NCBI GenBank assembly: GCA_965249725.1
Contig: OZ252251.1
Span: 160,001-224,000 of the forward strand
Origin: Longimicrobiales bacterium
GTDB taxonomy: Bacteria > Gemmatimonadota > Gemmatimonadetes > Longimicrobiales > Gaopeijiaceae
Direction: 5' to 3'
DNA: 64,000 nucleotides
The position numbers and the translations under genes are program-made. Numbering within the stretch: the first letter of the stretch is position 1; each line of letters opens with the position of its first letter. Under the pieces are notes generated by a model that saw only the letters and a list, made by a program, of their open reading frames with translations, made no database searches and had not been told where the DNA came from. Below, piece after piece: positions 27,402-38,092 of this stretch.

Positions 27402-28534
27402 TCGAGTCCCCGCTCCTGCTGACAGCCGTTATCGCTGCCGCGACCGCGCTGGCGTTCCTGCTCGACCACAAGATTGCGCCGCTGTCCAAGCTGGGTGCCT
27501 CCCTGCTCGCGATCCTGTTCGGCGCCATCCTGTCCAACCTGGGGATCGTGACGGCCGCGTCTCCGATCTACGGGACCATCAGCGGGTCGGTCACGTCGCT
27601 CGCCATCGCGGGGCTGCTTCTGGCGGTCAATTTGGCCGACCTCAAGAAGGCCGGCCGGCGGATGGTAGGGGCGTTCGTGCTGGCCGTAACCGGAACGGCC
27701 CTCGGCGCCTTCGTTGGAGCCCTGATCTTCGCCGGGCGTTTCGAGGCGGAGACCTGGAAGCTGGCCGGCACATTGACCGGGACCTACTCCGGTGGTGGGG
27801 TGAACTTCGTCGCCGTGGGGAGGGGGCTGGGTCTGCCTGAGGTGCTGTTTGCCGGGGCCACTGCGGCCGACAACGCGATGACGGCGATCTGGTTGGGGGT
27901 GAACCTGGTGCTGCCGCTCTGGTTGATTCGCTTCTATCCGACGCCGATTCCCGGGGCAGGCGAAGGGTCCAAAACCGAGGTGGACCACCCCTTCTTCTCG
28001 AGGACTCCGCTGTCGACCCTGGATCTCGCCTCGCTCTTGGCGGTGGGCTTCGTCCTGCTCGTGGCGGCCGATTGGATGGGAGCTCTGCTACCGGCCGTTC
28101 CGTCGGTTCTGTGGCTCACGACGTTCGCGCTCGTAGTGGGGCACGTCGGGCCTTTCCGGAGCGCCCCGGGCGCCATGCAGTTGGGTACGCTTGCACTCCA
28201 CTTCTTCTTCGTTGTCATCGGGATCTACTCGCGCATCGACATGATTCTCCTGGTGGGCGTGGCGGTCTTCTTCTATACGGTCGTGGTCGTGGGCGTGCAC
28301 GGTATGGTAGTGTATGGAGTGGGCCGGCTCCTGCGCATGGATATCGCAACCATCACGGTCGCCTCGCAGGCTTCCGTCGGAGGACCCTCCAGTGCCGTGG
28401 CCGTCGCCATCTCGCGGGAATGGAACGAGTTGGTCCTACCCGGCATCGCGGTGGGCCTCCTGGGGTACGCCCTCGGGAACTACGTCGGGTTCGGGCTGGG
28501 GTACCTCGTGCGGAGTCTCGGAATAGGGTTGTGA
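27398..28534 (+). CDS. DUF819 family membrane protein
   Basis: About 11 TMs, GTYSGGGVNFVAV, ASQASVGGPSSA, GYALGNY; TTGA overlap. Confidence 0.85.
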   Translation: MIESPLLLTAVIAAATALAFLLDHKIAPLSKLGASLLAILFGAILSNLGIVTAASPIYGTISGSVTSLAIAGLLLAVNLADLKKAGRRMVGAFVLAVTGTALGAFVGALIFAGRFEAETWKLAGTLTGTYSGGGVNFVAVGRGLGLPEVLFAGATAADNAMTAIWLGVNLVLPLWLIRFYPTPIPGAGEGSKTEVDHPFFSRTPLSTLDLASLLAVGFVLLVAADWMGALLPAVPSVLWLTTFALVVGHVGPFRSAPGAMQLGTLALHFFFVVIGIYSRIDMILLVGVAVFFYTVVVVGVHGMVVYGVGRLLRMDIATITVASQASVGGPSSAVAVAISREWNELVLPGIAVGLLGYALGNYVGFGLGYLVRSLGIGL

Positions 28535-28622
28535 CGCCCTGAGGGAGACGCTTTCTTTATTGGCTCGGCCAGTGCGGGTTATCTAGGTCCCGCCTCCGAT
28601 TCACCCCAAATACAGGTCGCAG

Positions 28623-29756
28623 GTGTCGAGAACTCTTACCGAAGCGCCGGGGGGTTATGCCCCGGGTAGCAAGGACACGGGAGTCGTAAAACCCAAGGGC
28701 CACTCCAAGATCAAGGCCCATGAGGGTTTGGAGACCGTCCCGATCCGTGACCGCAAGCCCTCGTGGCTCAAGGTGCGGTCGCCGGGGGGGTCCGAGTACC
28801 TGCGTCTCAAGAGTCTCATGCGTACCCAGTCCCTGCACACGGTCTGTGAAGAGGCCGGCTGCCCGAACATCGGCGAGTGCTGGGACGCTGGGACCGCGAC
28901 GTTCATGATTCTGGGGGACGTCTGCACGCGCGCCTGCAAGTACTGCGCGGTGGCTCACGGGCTGCCGACGGAGCTCGACCTGGACGAACCACGACGGGTC
29001 GCCGAGTCGGTGCGCACCATGTCGCTCGAGCACGTCGTGATCACGAGCGTGAACCGTGACGAGCTGCCGGACGGAGGGGCCGGTATCTACGCCGAGACCA
29101 TCCGTCGGATCCACACCTTGGTCCCGGGCTGCTCGGTAGAGGTGCTCATACCCGACTTCAAGGGTGACGAAGAGGCTTTGCGGGTGGTGCAAGAGGCCAA
29201 GCCCGCCATCCTCGGGCACAACCTCGAAACGGTCGAGAGACTGCATCCGGAGGTCCGCCCCGGCGGCCGCTATTGGCGCTCCATCTCATTTCTGGGAGCG
29301 GCCAAGCGGATCGACGCCTCCATGCTGACCAAGACCGGCATCATCCTCGGCATGGGAGAGGAAGAGGCCGAGCTCCACCAGGCCATGAAGGATCTGCGCG
29401 AGGCCTCCGTCGACATTCTGACGCTCGGCCAATACCTGCGTCCCTCTCTGCAGCACATCCCCGTGGCCCGCTGGGTCACGCCGGACGAGTTCGCGGACTG
29501 GAAGCGCGTGGGTGAGGAGACATACGGCTTCAAGCATGTGGAGTCGGGTCCGCTCGTGCGCTCCAGCTATCATGCCAAGGAACAGGCGCGAGAGGTCGAG
29601 GCCGGCGCCGTGGGCAGCATTCAACGTGTGCTCGAGGCCGACATCCCCGCTCCTGCCGAGGTGTTGCCGGGTCTGGAACTCGTGCAACTCGAGATGGGCC
29701 GTCCAAAGCGGCCCGAGTCGGGGTCTCACGGAGACCCGATAGGGTGGGACCGATGA
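28623..29756 (+). CDS. lipA: Lipoyl synthase
   Basis: CEEAGCPNIGEC, CTRACKYC radical SAM motif, RSSY; C-terminal extension. Confidence 0.96.
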   Translation: MSRTLTEAPGGYAPGSKDTGVVKPKGHSKIKAHEGLETVPIRDRKPSWLKVRSPGGSEYLRLKSLMRTQSLHTVCEEAGCPNIGECWDAGTATFMILGDVCTRACKYCAVAHGLPTELDLDEPRRVAESVRTMSLEHVVITSVNRDELPDGGAGIYAETIRRIHTLVPGCSVEVLIPDFKGDEEALRVVQEAKPAILGHNLETVERLHPEVRPGGRYWRSISFLGAAKRIDASMLTKTGIILGMGEEEAELHQAMKDLREASVDILTLGQYLRPSLQHIPVARWVTPDEFADWKRVGEETYGFKHVESGPLVRSSYHAKEQAREVEAGAVGSIQRVLEADIPAPAEVLPGLELVQLEMGRPKRPESGSHGDPIGWDR

Positions 29757-30889
29757 GCGACGCCGAGACGACGACGAGAAAGGCCACCAACGGGGGCCCC
29801 GAGTTGGACGCCGAGCTGGACGCCGAGTTGGACGCCGAGCTGGACGCCGAGTTGGACGCCGAGTTGGACGCCGAGTTGGACGGGTTCGCGAAGGATCAGC
29901 TTCTGCACATTCTCCGCGAGATGCTGCTCTATCGGCGCTTCGAGGAGAAGGCAGAGGAGGGATACGCCATTGGTAAGATCGCTGGGTTCTGTCATCTGCA
30001 TATCGGGCAGGAGGCGACCGCGGCCGGGTGCATTCTGCCTCTTCGCAAAGACGACTACGTCATCACCGCCTACCGGGATCACACCCAGGCGCTCGCCAAG
30101 GGTCTGACGCCGGAGGCCGTCATGGCGGAGCTGTACGGGAAGGCCGCCGGAGCGTCGGGCGGGATGGGCGGCTCGATGCACATCTTCGGCGCCGATATGG
30201 GGTTCATGGGCGGTCACGGCATCGTAGGCGGTCAGACCGGTCTCGCTCTGGGCATGGCGTGGGCCATTCACTACCGAGGCGGCGATCAGGTCTGCATGTG
30301 CTTCATGGGCGACGCGGCCGTGAACCAGGGCGGTTTCCACGAGTCCATGAACATGGCGGCCGTGTGGAACCTGCCGGTCATCTATGTCGTGGAGAACAAC
30401 TCGTACGGCATGGGCACCGCGTTCTCCAGGGTTTCACGTACCGACATGGCGGCGAAGGCCTCGTCTCACGGGATCCCCGCGACGGTCGTGGACGGTCAAG
30501 ACGTCATGGCGACGCTCACTGCGTTCGACGACCTCGTCACACGGGTGCGTGAAGGGGCCGGTCCTCAGTTCGTCGATCTGCAGTGCTATCGCTTCAAGGG
30601 CCACTCGATGTCGGACCCGGTGTCGGGCACGTACCGACCCAAGGAAGAAGTCGACGATCGGACGGAGAATGCCGATCCGATCAAGATCCTGCGGGACCGG
30701 CTCTTCGCTGCAGAACTCCTGGACCAGGAGGGGCTCGAAGCGATGGACGCCGAGGTCAAGCAGGTGGTCGATGCCGCGGATGAGTTCGCCGAGGCGGCTC
30801 CCGACCCCGATCCGGCCAACCTCTACGATCACGTCTACTCCGACATCAACCCGCACGGCCGTCTGTTCTTCGATGGCCGAGAGCGGTAG
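29753..30889 (+). CDS. pdhA: Pyruvate dehydrogenase E1 alpha
   Basis: GFCHLHIGQEA, GGSMH, GDAAVNQG, YRFKGHSMSDP. Confidence 0.95.
   Translation: MSDAETTTRKATNGGPELDAELDAELDAELDAELDAELDAELDGFAKDQLLHILREMLLYRRFEEKAEEGYAIGKIAGFCHLHIGQEATAAGCILPLRKDDYVITAYRDHTQALAKGLTPEAVMAELYGKAAGASGGMGGSMHIFGADMGFMGGHGIVGGQTGLALGMAWAIHYRGGDQVCMCFMGDAAVNQGGFHESMNMAAVWNLPVIYVVENNSYGMGTAFSRVSRTDMAAKASSHGIPATVVDGQDVMATLTAFDDLVTRVREGAGPQFVDLQCYRFKGHSMSDPVSGTYRPKEEVDDRTENADPIKILRDRLFAAELLDQEGLEAMDAEVKQVVDAADEFAEAAPDPDPANLYDHVYSDINPHGRLFFDGRER
29801..29884 (+). repeat. 12-bp tandem repeat GAGYTGGACGCC x7 encoding (ELDA)n at the PdhA N-terminus
   Basis: Read directly. Confidence 0.95.
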
Positions 30890-30902
30890 CGGGGGGCGAC
30901 CA

Positions 30903-31886
30903 ATGGCTGAACTGACCTATAGAGAGGCCCTGAACCAGGCCCTCGCCGAGGAGATGGAGCGGGACGACACTGTCTTCCTCCTGGGCGAAGAGGTGGCCGA
31001 GTACGATGGGGCCTACAAGGTCTCCAAGGGCCTGCTCGAGCGTTTCGGGGACAAGCGTGTGGTGGACACGCCCATCAGCGAACTCGGATTCACGGGCTTG
31101 GGAGTCGGGGCCGCGATGGTGGGCCTCAGGCCCGTCGTAGAGTTCATGACGTTCAACTTCTCGATCCTGGCGCTCGATCAGGTGATCAACAGCGCGGCCA
31201 AGATGCTCCACATGAGCAATGGTCAGATCGGGGTCCCCATGGTCTTCCGGGGCCCGACGGGCGCCGCGCTTCAACTGGGCGCCCAGCACTCACAGGCCTG
31301 CGAGATCTGGTATGTACACGCCCCTGGAGTGAAGCTCGTAACGCCCGCGACGCCGGCGGACGCAAAGGGACTACTCAAGGCCGCCATCCGGGACAACGAC
31401 CCGGTCGCGTTCATGGAGGGGGAGCTCCTCTACAACGTGAAGGGCGAGGTTCCGGACGATGACGACTTCATCGTGCCCCTCGGTGTGGCGGACCTGAAGC
31501 GTTCCGGGGACGACGTGTCGATCATCACCCACGGTAAGATGGTCCACGTTGCCCTACAGGCGGCCGGCCAGCTGGCCAAGGAAGGAATCGAAGCCGACGT
31601 GCTGGACTTGAGGTCTCTCCGTCCTCTCGACGTAGACGCCATTCTGGAAACGGTCGCAAAGACGCACCGGGCGGTCTATCTGGAAGAGGGTTGGCCCTAC
31701 GCGGGCATCGGCTCGCAAATCGTCTCCATTCTCATGGAGGAGGCGTTCGACGATCTCGATGCACCGGTTCTGCGCGTCACCCAGGCGGACATCCCCATGC
31801 CGTACAACAAGAAGCTGGAGGCCTGGACCAAGCCGAGCGCCAAACACGTCGTCGAGGCGTGCAAAGAGGTTCTATATGTCGACTAA
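30903..31886 (+). CDS. pdhB: Pyruvate dehydrogenase E1 beta
   Basis: YREALNQA, DTPISE, EFMTFNF, GAQHSQ, DLRSLRPLD. Confidence 0.95.
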   Translation: MAELTYREALNQALAEEMERDDTVFLLGEEVAEYDGAYKVSKGLLERFGDKRVVDTPISELGFTGLGVGAAMVGLRPVVEFMTFNFSILALDQVINSAAKMLHMSNGQIGVPMVFRGPTGAALQLGAQHSQACEIWYVHAPGVKLVTPATPADAKGLLKAAIRDNDPVAFMEGELLYNVKGEVPDDDDFIVPLGVADLKRSGDDVSIITHGKMVHVALQAAGQLAKEGIEADVLDLRSLRPLDVDAILETVAKTHRAVYLEEGWPYAGIGSQIVSILMEEAFDDLDAPVLRVTQADIPMPYNKKLEAWTKPSAKHVVEACKEVLYVD

Positions 31887-33177
31887 GGTCCACATGGAGG
31901 CTCTCTCTCCCACGATGGAAGAGGGACAGGTGGTGAAGTGGCTCAAGTCCGAAGGTGACGAGGTAGCCAACGGGGATGTCATCGCCGAGATCGAGACGGA
32001 TAAGGCGACCATGGAGTTGTCGGCTCGCGGGGACGGCGTCCTCCGGTCGATCCTCGTTGGCGAGGGCGCGACGGCTCCCGTCGGAAGCGTGATCGCGGTG
32101 ATCGCGGGGCCCGACGAGGACATTTCGGAGTTCACCGCGGGTGCGGCGAATCCGGAGCCTGCCCCTGAGGTGACGGAGTCCGCGCCAGCTCCTACAGAGA
32201 CCGACGTGGCGGTTGTCGAGGCACCTGCGCCGCCGGCCCCCGAGCCGATGGCCGCTGAACCCGCCCCGACTTCCTCTGCCGAGGGCGGGAGGATCAAGGC
32301 ATCACCGCTCGCGAAGCGGCTGGCCGCCGAGTCGGGCCTGGACCTCGCGGCCGTATCCGGCTCAGGTCCTGCCGGCCGTATCGTCAAGCGAGATATCGAG
32401 GCGGCGATCACTGGGGGCGTGCCGCGGGCGTCGTCGTCGGCAGTGACGCACGCACCGGCGCTTGTCGCGTCGCGACCCGCTTCGGACGCCGACTACGAAG
32501 ACGTCGCCCTCAGTCAGATGAGGAAGACCATCGCCCGGCGCCTCACCGAGTCCATCGGTCCGGTTCCGCACTTCTTCCTTACGATCGACGTCGACATGGC
32601 GCGGGCTATCGAAGCTCGCCTCACCATCAACGCCATGCTGGAGCCCGAGGGGCGCAAGGTCTCACTGAACGACCTCATCATTCGCGCCACTGCGGCGGCT
32701 CTGAAGCGCCATCCCGCTTGCAACGCCCACTGGCTGGGCGACTCCATCCGGCGTTTCAACCGCGTGCATGTGGGTGTGGCGGTCGCGGTGGAGGACGGGC
32801 TGATTACCCCGATCGTACGTGATGCGGACGCCAAGGGTGTGGCTCAGATCGGTGCGGAGGTCCGGGAGATGGCTGGCCGTGCCCGGGAGAAGAAGCTCCT
32901 GCCCGAGGAGTATACGGGGGCCACGTTCTCCATCTCGAACCTCGGCATGTTCGGCATCCACGAGTTCACTGCGGTGATCAATCCGCCCGAGGCCGGCATT
33001 CTGGCCATCGGTGGTGTGGAGGAGACGCCTGTCGTCGTGGACGGCCAGGTCGTGGTCGGGAGTCGGATGCGCGTTACGATGAGCTGCGATCACAGGGTGA
33101 TCGATGGGGCGACAGGCTCCGCCTTCCTGGCCACGCTGAAGGACATGCTGGAGGAGCCGGCGGCCATTCTGGTCTAG
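31876..33177 (+). CDS. pdhC: Pyruvate dehydrogenase E2 dihydrolipoamide acetyltransferase
   Basis: Lipoyl domain IETDKA, E3-binding ASPLAKRLA, DHRVIDG. Confidence 0.95.
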   Translation: MSTKVHMEALSPTMEEGQVVKWLKSEGDEVANGDVIAEIETDKATMELSARGDGVLRSILVGEGATAPVGSVIAVIAGPDEDISEFTAGAANPEPAPEVTESAPAPTETDVAVVEAPAPPAPEPMAAEPAPTSSAEGGRIKASPLAKRLAAESGLDLAAVSGSGPAGRIVKRDIEAAITGGVPRASSSAVTHAPALVASRPASDADYEDVALSQMRKTIARRLTESIGPVPHFFLTIDVDMARAIEARLTINAMLEPEGRKVSLNDLIIRATAAALKRHPACNAHWLGDSIRRFNRVHVGVAVAVEDGLITPIVRDADAKGVAQIGAEVREMAGRAREKKLLPEEYTGATFSISNLGMFGIHEFTAVINPPEAGILAIGGVEETPVVVDGQVVVGSRMRVTMSCDHRVIDGATGSAFLATLKDMLEEPAAILV

Positions 33178-33313
33178 GCGCGACCGCACCGAAGCCCGCC
33201 TGCGCGGGTGTGAGACCCTTCTTCTCTGGGGGGTGCGCCTCGCCACCGTGCTGCGTACCATTGCGTCTGCTGTCGGGCGGAGAGCCCGAAGCCGGCCGAT
33301 GGAGGTGATGAGC

Positions 33314-34780
33314 ATGCCGACCCTAAGTGACGTACCGATGTCGATTCCTGATGTCCCCCTCAAAGCACGATTTGCCCGGCGCCAACTGCCTGTGGTTCTT
33401 CTCGCCGCACTCGTGTTCGGAGCCAGTGCCGAATTGGTCGCGCAGACCAACCCCAGCGACCCGGGCCCGCATCCCGCCTATGCGGGGACACCGCAGAACA
33501 TGCCGCCGGGCATGAGGGGGACTCCCAACATCCACGTGCTCTCCCACATTCCGCTCGGTGGATTCGTCCGGGTGACGGACATCGAAATCGAGCAGGAGGA
33601 GTCTCGTCCGTTCGCCTATGTCGGGAAGCGCTGGCAACCCTCCGGTTTCGACGTGATCAGCCTCGAAGATCCCGAAAACGCCGAGGTCATCTACTCGTGG
33701 AGGATCGAGAACGCCGAGCTGCATCAGGGCTGGGGATCATCGGACGGCCGTTACTTCAAGCTCGATGGGCGCTACTACTACGTGCAGGGGACTTCGTACC
33801 GGCAGAGCGGTCCGGATGCGGATCTAGGAGCCATCGTGTTCGACGTCACCGGTCTCCCGGACGTTTCCACGGTCGAGGAGGTCGGCAGAATCCGCTCTCC
33901 GGACGGGATTCCCAGCGGGTTCCACAACATCTACATGTACAAACACTCCGACGGTCGGGTCTTGCTCTTCGCGACGACCCGCTCGCCACGGAATCTCCCG
34001 TACGGGGCGGTGATCTACGATATGGAACGGTTCCTGGCCGGCGACGCCGATTTCGGTCTGGTAGGGACGGTCCCCCTGCCCGAGCCGCGGGGCACGTCGG
34101 ACGGGTACCACGACATCTACGTGGGTTACCACCCGGCCAGCGGCCAGGATCGCTTCTACGGTCCCGGTCCCGAGGTCACCATGGACGGGGGCATGTACGT
34201 CTATGACGTGACGGACGTCACGAGCCCCCGTTTGCTCACGCAGATCGTGGGAGCCATGGGCCAAACGGGCGCACACACCTTCGTTCCCACGCCGGACGGG
34301 CGGTACGCCTTCAGCATGACCCTCGGTGAGAAGCCCATGCTCGTCTGGGATCTCAAGCAAGGGCTCGATGGAGCGGTGTCGAACATCACGAGGCCGATCG
34401 GGTCGTGGACCTCCACCTTTCCGAACACGCTCCACAACTTCGAGGTCCGCTGGCCCTACATCTTCATCGCCGGCTACGAGGAATCCCTGCAGGTAGTCAA
34501 CGTGCTCGATCCCACGAACCCGTTCACCTCGGGTTACTACCGGACATTCGTCGGACCCCATGAATCGCGCGGACCCGGTGGCGACAGCAACGGCGCCTGG
34601 GGTATCGACGTCCGGAATAGCGACGGGCTCATCGTTATCAGTGATGGCACGACCGGCTTCTGGGCCTTCAAGATGGACGGCTTCGAGGGCTGGAACGGAG
34701 ACGATTGGGGCGTGCCCAACGTGTCGAGCGCGCAGGACTGGGACAACGGGCCGACCGGTACGCGACGGCCCGTGAGCTAG
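33314..34780 (+). CDS. Secreted LVIVD-like beta-propeller protein
   Basis: Signal peptide; repeated xxxDVxxPxxP blades each with a His; start uncertain (33233-33338). Confidence 0.7.
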   Translation: MPTLSDVPMSIPDVPLKARFARRQLPVVLLAALVFGASAELVAQTNPSDPGPHPAYAGTPQNMPPGMRGTPNIHVLSHIPLGGFVRVTDIEIEQEESRPFAYVGKRWQPSGFDVISLEDPENAEVIYSWRIENAELHQGWGSSDGRYFKLDGRYYYVQGTSYRQSGPDADLGAIVFDVTGLPDVSTVEEVGRIRSPDGIPSGFHNIYMYKHSDGRVLLFATTRSPRNLPYGAVIYDMERFLAGDADFGLVGTVPLPEPRGTSDGYHDIYVGYHPASGQDRFYGPGPEVTMDGGMYVYDVTDVTSPRLLTQIVGAMGQTGAHTFVPTPDGRYAFSMTLGEKPMLVWDLKQGLDGAVSNITRPIGSWTSTFPNTLHNFEVRWPYIFIAGYEESLQVVNVLDPTNPFTSGYYRTFVGPHESRGPGGDSNGAWGIDVRNSDGLIVISDGTTGFWAFKMDGFEGWNGDDWGVPNVSSAQDWDNGPTGTRRPVS

Positions 34781-34834
34781 TGCACCGGGCCGGAAGAGAA
34801 GAACTCCCCCGACCACGCATCTGAGGAGAGTGAA

Positions 34835-36220
34835 TTGAACGACGCCGTCGCACGTGTTTTGAACATCAAGAAGGAGGAGTTGCCCCTCGCCCTCTTGGCA
34901 GTGGTCTTCTTCTTCTGCGTGCTGTGCGGCTACTACTTCCTTCGCCCAGTGCGCGACGCCATGGGCGTCTCCAGGGGGATGGATGAGCTCCGCTGGCTCT
35001 TCGTGGGAACTTCCTTCGTGTCTCTGGTGATCGTGCTCGCCTTTGGCGGCGTCGTGGCCAGGATGAACCGTAGGCGGTTCATACCGGTGGCCTACCTCTT
35101 CGTGATCGTGTGCTTGTTCGTGTTTTCCGGCATGCTCGTCGCGGACGCGGCCAGTGGTGGCGGCCTCATCGGAACCGACGCGGAGACGTCGGTTGCCCGC
35201 ATCGTCGGGTACGTCTTCTTCGTTTGGCTCAGCGCCATCAACCTGTTCGTCACCAGCGTCTTCTGGGCCTTCATGGTCGATATCTTCGACGTCGATCAGG
35301 GCAAGAGGATGTTCGCCTTCATCGGCATAGGGGGGACCCTTGGGGCGCTGGTCGGGGGCTGGGCCACGAACGCGATCAGCGGAATGACCGAGTCGGTCTA
35401 TCTACCTGCCGGCCTCATGCTGACGGGTTCGGTGCTCTTCGGGGCCGCGATCGTCGTGATGCTCGTATTGGACCGTAAGGCCGTCGCCTCCGACCACTCT
35501 CGACTGACGACCGGATCGACCTCTAGGACCGAGGGCAGCGAGGACTCCGCGCCGCAGGAGATCGGCGGGACGTTCTGGGAGGGAGCCAAGGCGGTCGCGA
35601 CCTCGCCGTATCTGTTGGGAATCGGGGGCTTCATCGTGCTGATGGCCGTTTCCAACACGATCATCTACTTCGCGCAGGCCAACGTCATTCTCGAGAACAC
35701 CGACACGTTCAGTCAGAGGGTGGCCGGCTTCGCACAGTTCGACATGTTGGCTCAGATAGCGACGCTGCTCACTCAGATCTTCGTGACCACCCAGGTCATC
35801 AAACGTGTCGGAGTGGGCTGGACGCTCGCGATTCTGCCGCTCGTGACCATGGCGGGCTTCGCCACCTTGGCCATCTGGCCCCTCTATGGTGTGATGGCGG
35901 TGTTTCAGGCGATCCACCGCGCCACCCGCTACGCCATCTCGAGGCCGGCCCGCGAGACCCTGTTCAGCGTCGTGTCGCCCGCCGAGAAGTACAAGGCGAA
36001 GCCGGTGGTGGACGTCTTCGTCTACCGTGGCGGCGACGTGGCCGGTGCCGGTGTCGACGGGATGTTCGCGGCACTCGGCATGACCCTCACTGCGGTGGCA
36101 GCGGCCACGGTGCCGGTCGCGGGGGCTTGGGCGATGCTTTGCATCGGGCTGGGCCGCGCTCAGCAGCGTCGGATGGATCCGGCCGATGATCCGGCCGAAC
36201 CGGACGAGGCCGACGCTTAG
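34835..36220 (+). CDS. MFS transporter, ATP/ADP translocase (NTT/TLC)-like
   Basis: YYFLRPVRDAMG, SVFWAFMVDIF, RPARETLF..KYKAK..DVFVYRGGD. Confidence 0.82.
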   Translation: MNDAVARVLNIKKEELPLALLAVVFFFCVLCGYYFLRPVRDAMGVSRGMDELRWLFVGTSFVSLVIVLAFGGVVARMNRRRFIPVAYLFVIVCLFVFSGMLVADAASGGGLIGTDAETSVARIVGYVFFVWLSAINLFVTSVFWAFMVDIFDVDQGKRMFAFIGIGGTLGALVGGWATNAISGMTESVYLPAGLMLTGSVLFGAAIVVMLVLDRKAVASDHSRLTTGSTSRTEGSEDSAPQEIGGTFWEGAKAVATSPYLLGIGGFIVLMAVSNTIIYFAQANVILENTDTFSQRVAGFAQFDMLAQIATLLTQIFVTTQVIKRVGVGWTLAILPLVTMAGFATLAIWPLYGVMAVFQAIHRATRYAISRPARETLFSVVSPAEKYKAKPVVDVFVYRGGDVAGAGVDGMFAALGMTLTAVAAATVPVAGAWAMLCIGLGRAQQRRMDPADDPAEPDEADA

Positions 36221-38010
36221 AAGCCGCCCCCTCCGCCCCCTCCGAAGCCACCCCCACTAAAGCCCCCTCCCCCGCTGAAGCCTGATCCTCCACTGCTTCT
36301 CGGCTGAGAGGTCATCACGCTCCCTACCCGCCCGGTCATACTGCCCAGGTCGGTCACGAAGATGGTCGGGCGGAAATGATGACCGGCCGGACCGGAATAC
36401 CAGTCCGGTGGCTCCTTGTACAGGTCCTCGAACGCGCGCGCCCACTTCTTCTCGACCTGCAGGGCCATGGCGTGGGGCAGGTATCGCTCGAACATGTCAG
36501 GTGAGTCGATCATGCGACGGAAGTGGTCCGACTCGACTCGATCGAGGAACTCCTGGAAGCCGAGGATATGCTCCAACTGCCGGGCGCCCTTTACGGTGCG
36601 GGCCGGCATGACGATGCCGAAGCCGACGACGGGGATCGCAGTCAGGATCGCCGCGGCGATACCCGCTCCCATGGGGAGCGACAGGGCATCACCGAAGAAG
36701 CCCAAGCCCATGATCATGAAGACACCGACGGCGATACCGCCGCCGACATAGGCGCCGATGACGCGGTCGGGGCGGTGGTGATAGAAGCCGAGGGCCAGTA
36801 GCCGGGAGTATATGCCGCTCTTGATGCCGTCCATGTGCTCGTAGAACTCGTTCTCCAGATCGTCGAGATCGACGGTCTTCCGGGAACCGCCCTTGAACAG
36901 GCCGCTCAAGAGGGCGTGCTCGTGAGGCTGCAATTCCGACCACTCGTCCAGCTCCCTGAGTAGCTGGAACGAATAAGTGTTGCTCTTGAGTGAACCCAAC
37001 AGGCCGGTCGGCTCCCGTTCCTCGATTTTGATGAACCCCCTCACCGCCAGATCGACGATCGACGCCGTGATGTCGCGCATATCAGGGCTGTTGTCGATGA
37101 GCGTGCCGATCTCGGCGGGTGTCATCCCCTCGGGTGGCTTGTATTGCGGCGCGACCGCCAATCGGGTGGGATCGCGTCCTCGAAGGCGCCAGAGCTGGAG
37201 CATGAAGACGAAGCTCATGATCGGAAACAGGAAGATCCAGTTGGCACCAAAGAAGCGGTTGACCTTCTCGGCGACCGTCGGGCGGGTGATGACACCCGGA
37301 TCCCAGGCCATGGAAACGGTCATCCCTTCACGCATAGAAAGGGGCTGAGTCGTCTCAAAATAGAATCCAGATTCTATTTTTCGTATCTGTGCGTTCGAGG
37401 ACGTTGAGCCGAAGCCTCCGGTGTAGACGCGGGCACGGAGCCCCGTCACCTCCGGTGGGACGACGATTCGGGCGCTGGCTGCGTAGATGGGAATCTCCCA
37501 CTCGTCTCCCGTGACGTTCCAGTAGAGTTCGTCGTGCCCCGACTCGAACTCGCTCTCCTCCGCGTCGATGAAACGGAGCGCATTCGGTGAGGAGTACTGG
37601 AGGTTGACGGTTCGGCTGACATCGACGGCGCCGGGCACCCAGATCTTGATCCTCTTGTAGTGGCGCTCGCGGCTCTCCTCGAACTGGAGTGACGTTCCGT
37701 CCTCCGCGGTAACGGAGTGCACGTCGAGCTCCAGGCGGAGATTGAAACCGCTCGGCGTCGTGTAGACGACCGGGATGTCCCGGTAGACGCCGTTCCAAGA
37801 GCCCGAGAAGCGGAAGCGGATCGCCTCGGAAACGTGTACCCGGCCGCTCTCCGCGACGGAAATCTCGGTATCGAAGCTCTCGATCTCGAGTTGCTTCGAC
37901 TGGGCCGAAAGACTGCTGCTGCCGGCCGTCAGTATGGCGATCGCCGCCAGCCAGACTCCCCCCCAGACTTCCCGCCAGACCTCCGGACGGCTCCTATGCG
38001 TGCGTATCAT
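36217..38010 (-). CDS. DUF2207 family membrane protein
   Basis: ELYWNVTG..WEIPI, FERYLPHAMAL, Gly-rich end GGFSGGGFGGGGGGGF; follows lemA. Confidence 0.88.
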   Translation of the reverse strand: MIRTHRSRPEVWREVWGGVWLAAIAILTAGSSSLSAQSKQLEIESFDTEISVAESGRVHVSEAIRFRFSGSWNGVYRDIPVVYTTPSGFNLRLELDVHSVTAEDGTSLQFEESRERHYKRIKIWVPGAVDVSRTVNLQYSSPNALRFIDAEESEFESGHDELYWNVTGDEWEIPIYAASARIVVPPEVTGLRARVYTGGFGSTSSNAQIRKIESGFYFETTQPLSMREGMTVSMAWDPGVITRPTVAEKVNRFFGANWIFLFPIMSFVFMLQLWRLRGRDPTRLAVAPQYKPPEGMTPAEIGTLIDNSPDMRDITASIVDLAVRGFIKIEEREPTGLLGSLKSNTYSFQLLRELDEWSELQPHEHALLSGLFKGGSRKTVDLDDLENEFYEHMDGIKSGIYSRLLALGFYHHRPDRVIGAYVGGGIAVGVFMIMGLGFFGDALSLPMGAGIAAAILTAIPVVGFGIVMPARTVKGARQLEHILGFQEFLDRVESDHFRRMIDSPDMFERYLPHAMALQVEKKWARAFEDLYKEPPDWYSGPAGHHFRPTIFVTDLGSMTGRVGSVMTSQPRSSGGSGFSGGGGFSGGGFGGGGGGGF

Positions 38011-38037
38011 GACTCCCCCGAGCCCATCAGAATTGTG

Positions 38038-38092
38038 CCGGACGCTTCAGCCACCGGATGCTTCAGCCACCGGACGCTTCAGCCGCCGGACG
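38038..38092. repeat. 16-bp tandem repeat CCGGACGCTTCAGCCA x3.4 spanning the lemA stop
   Basis: Read directly. Confidence 0.85.
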
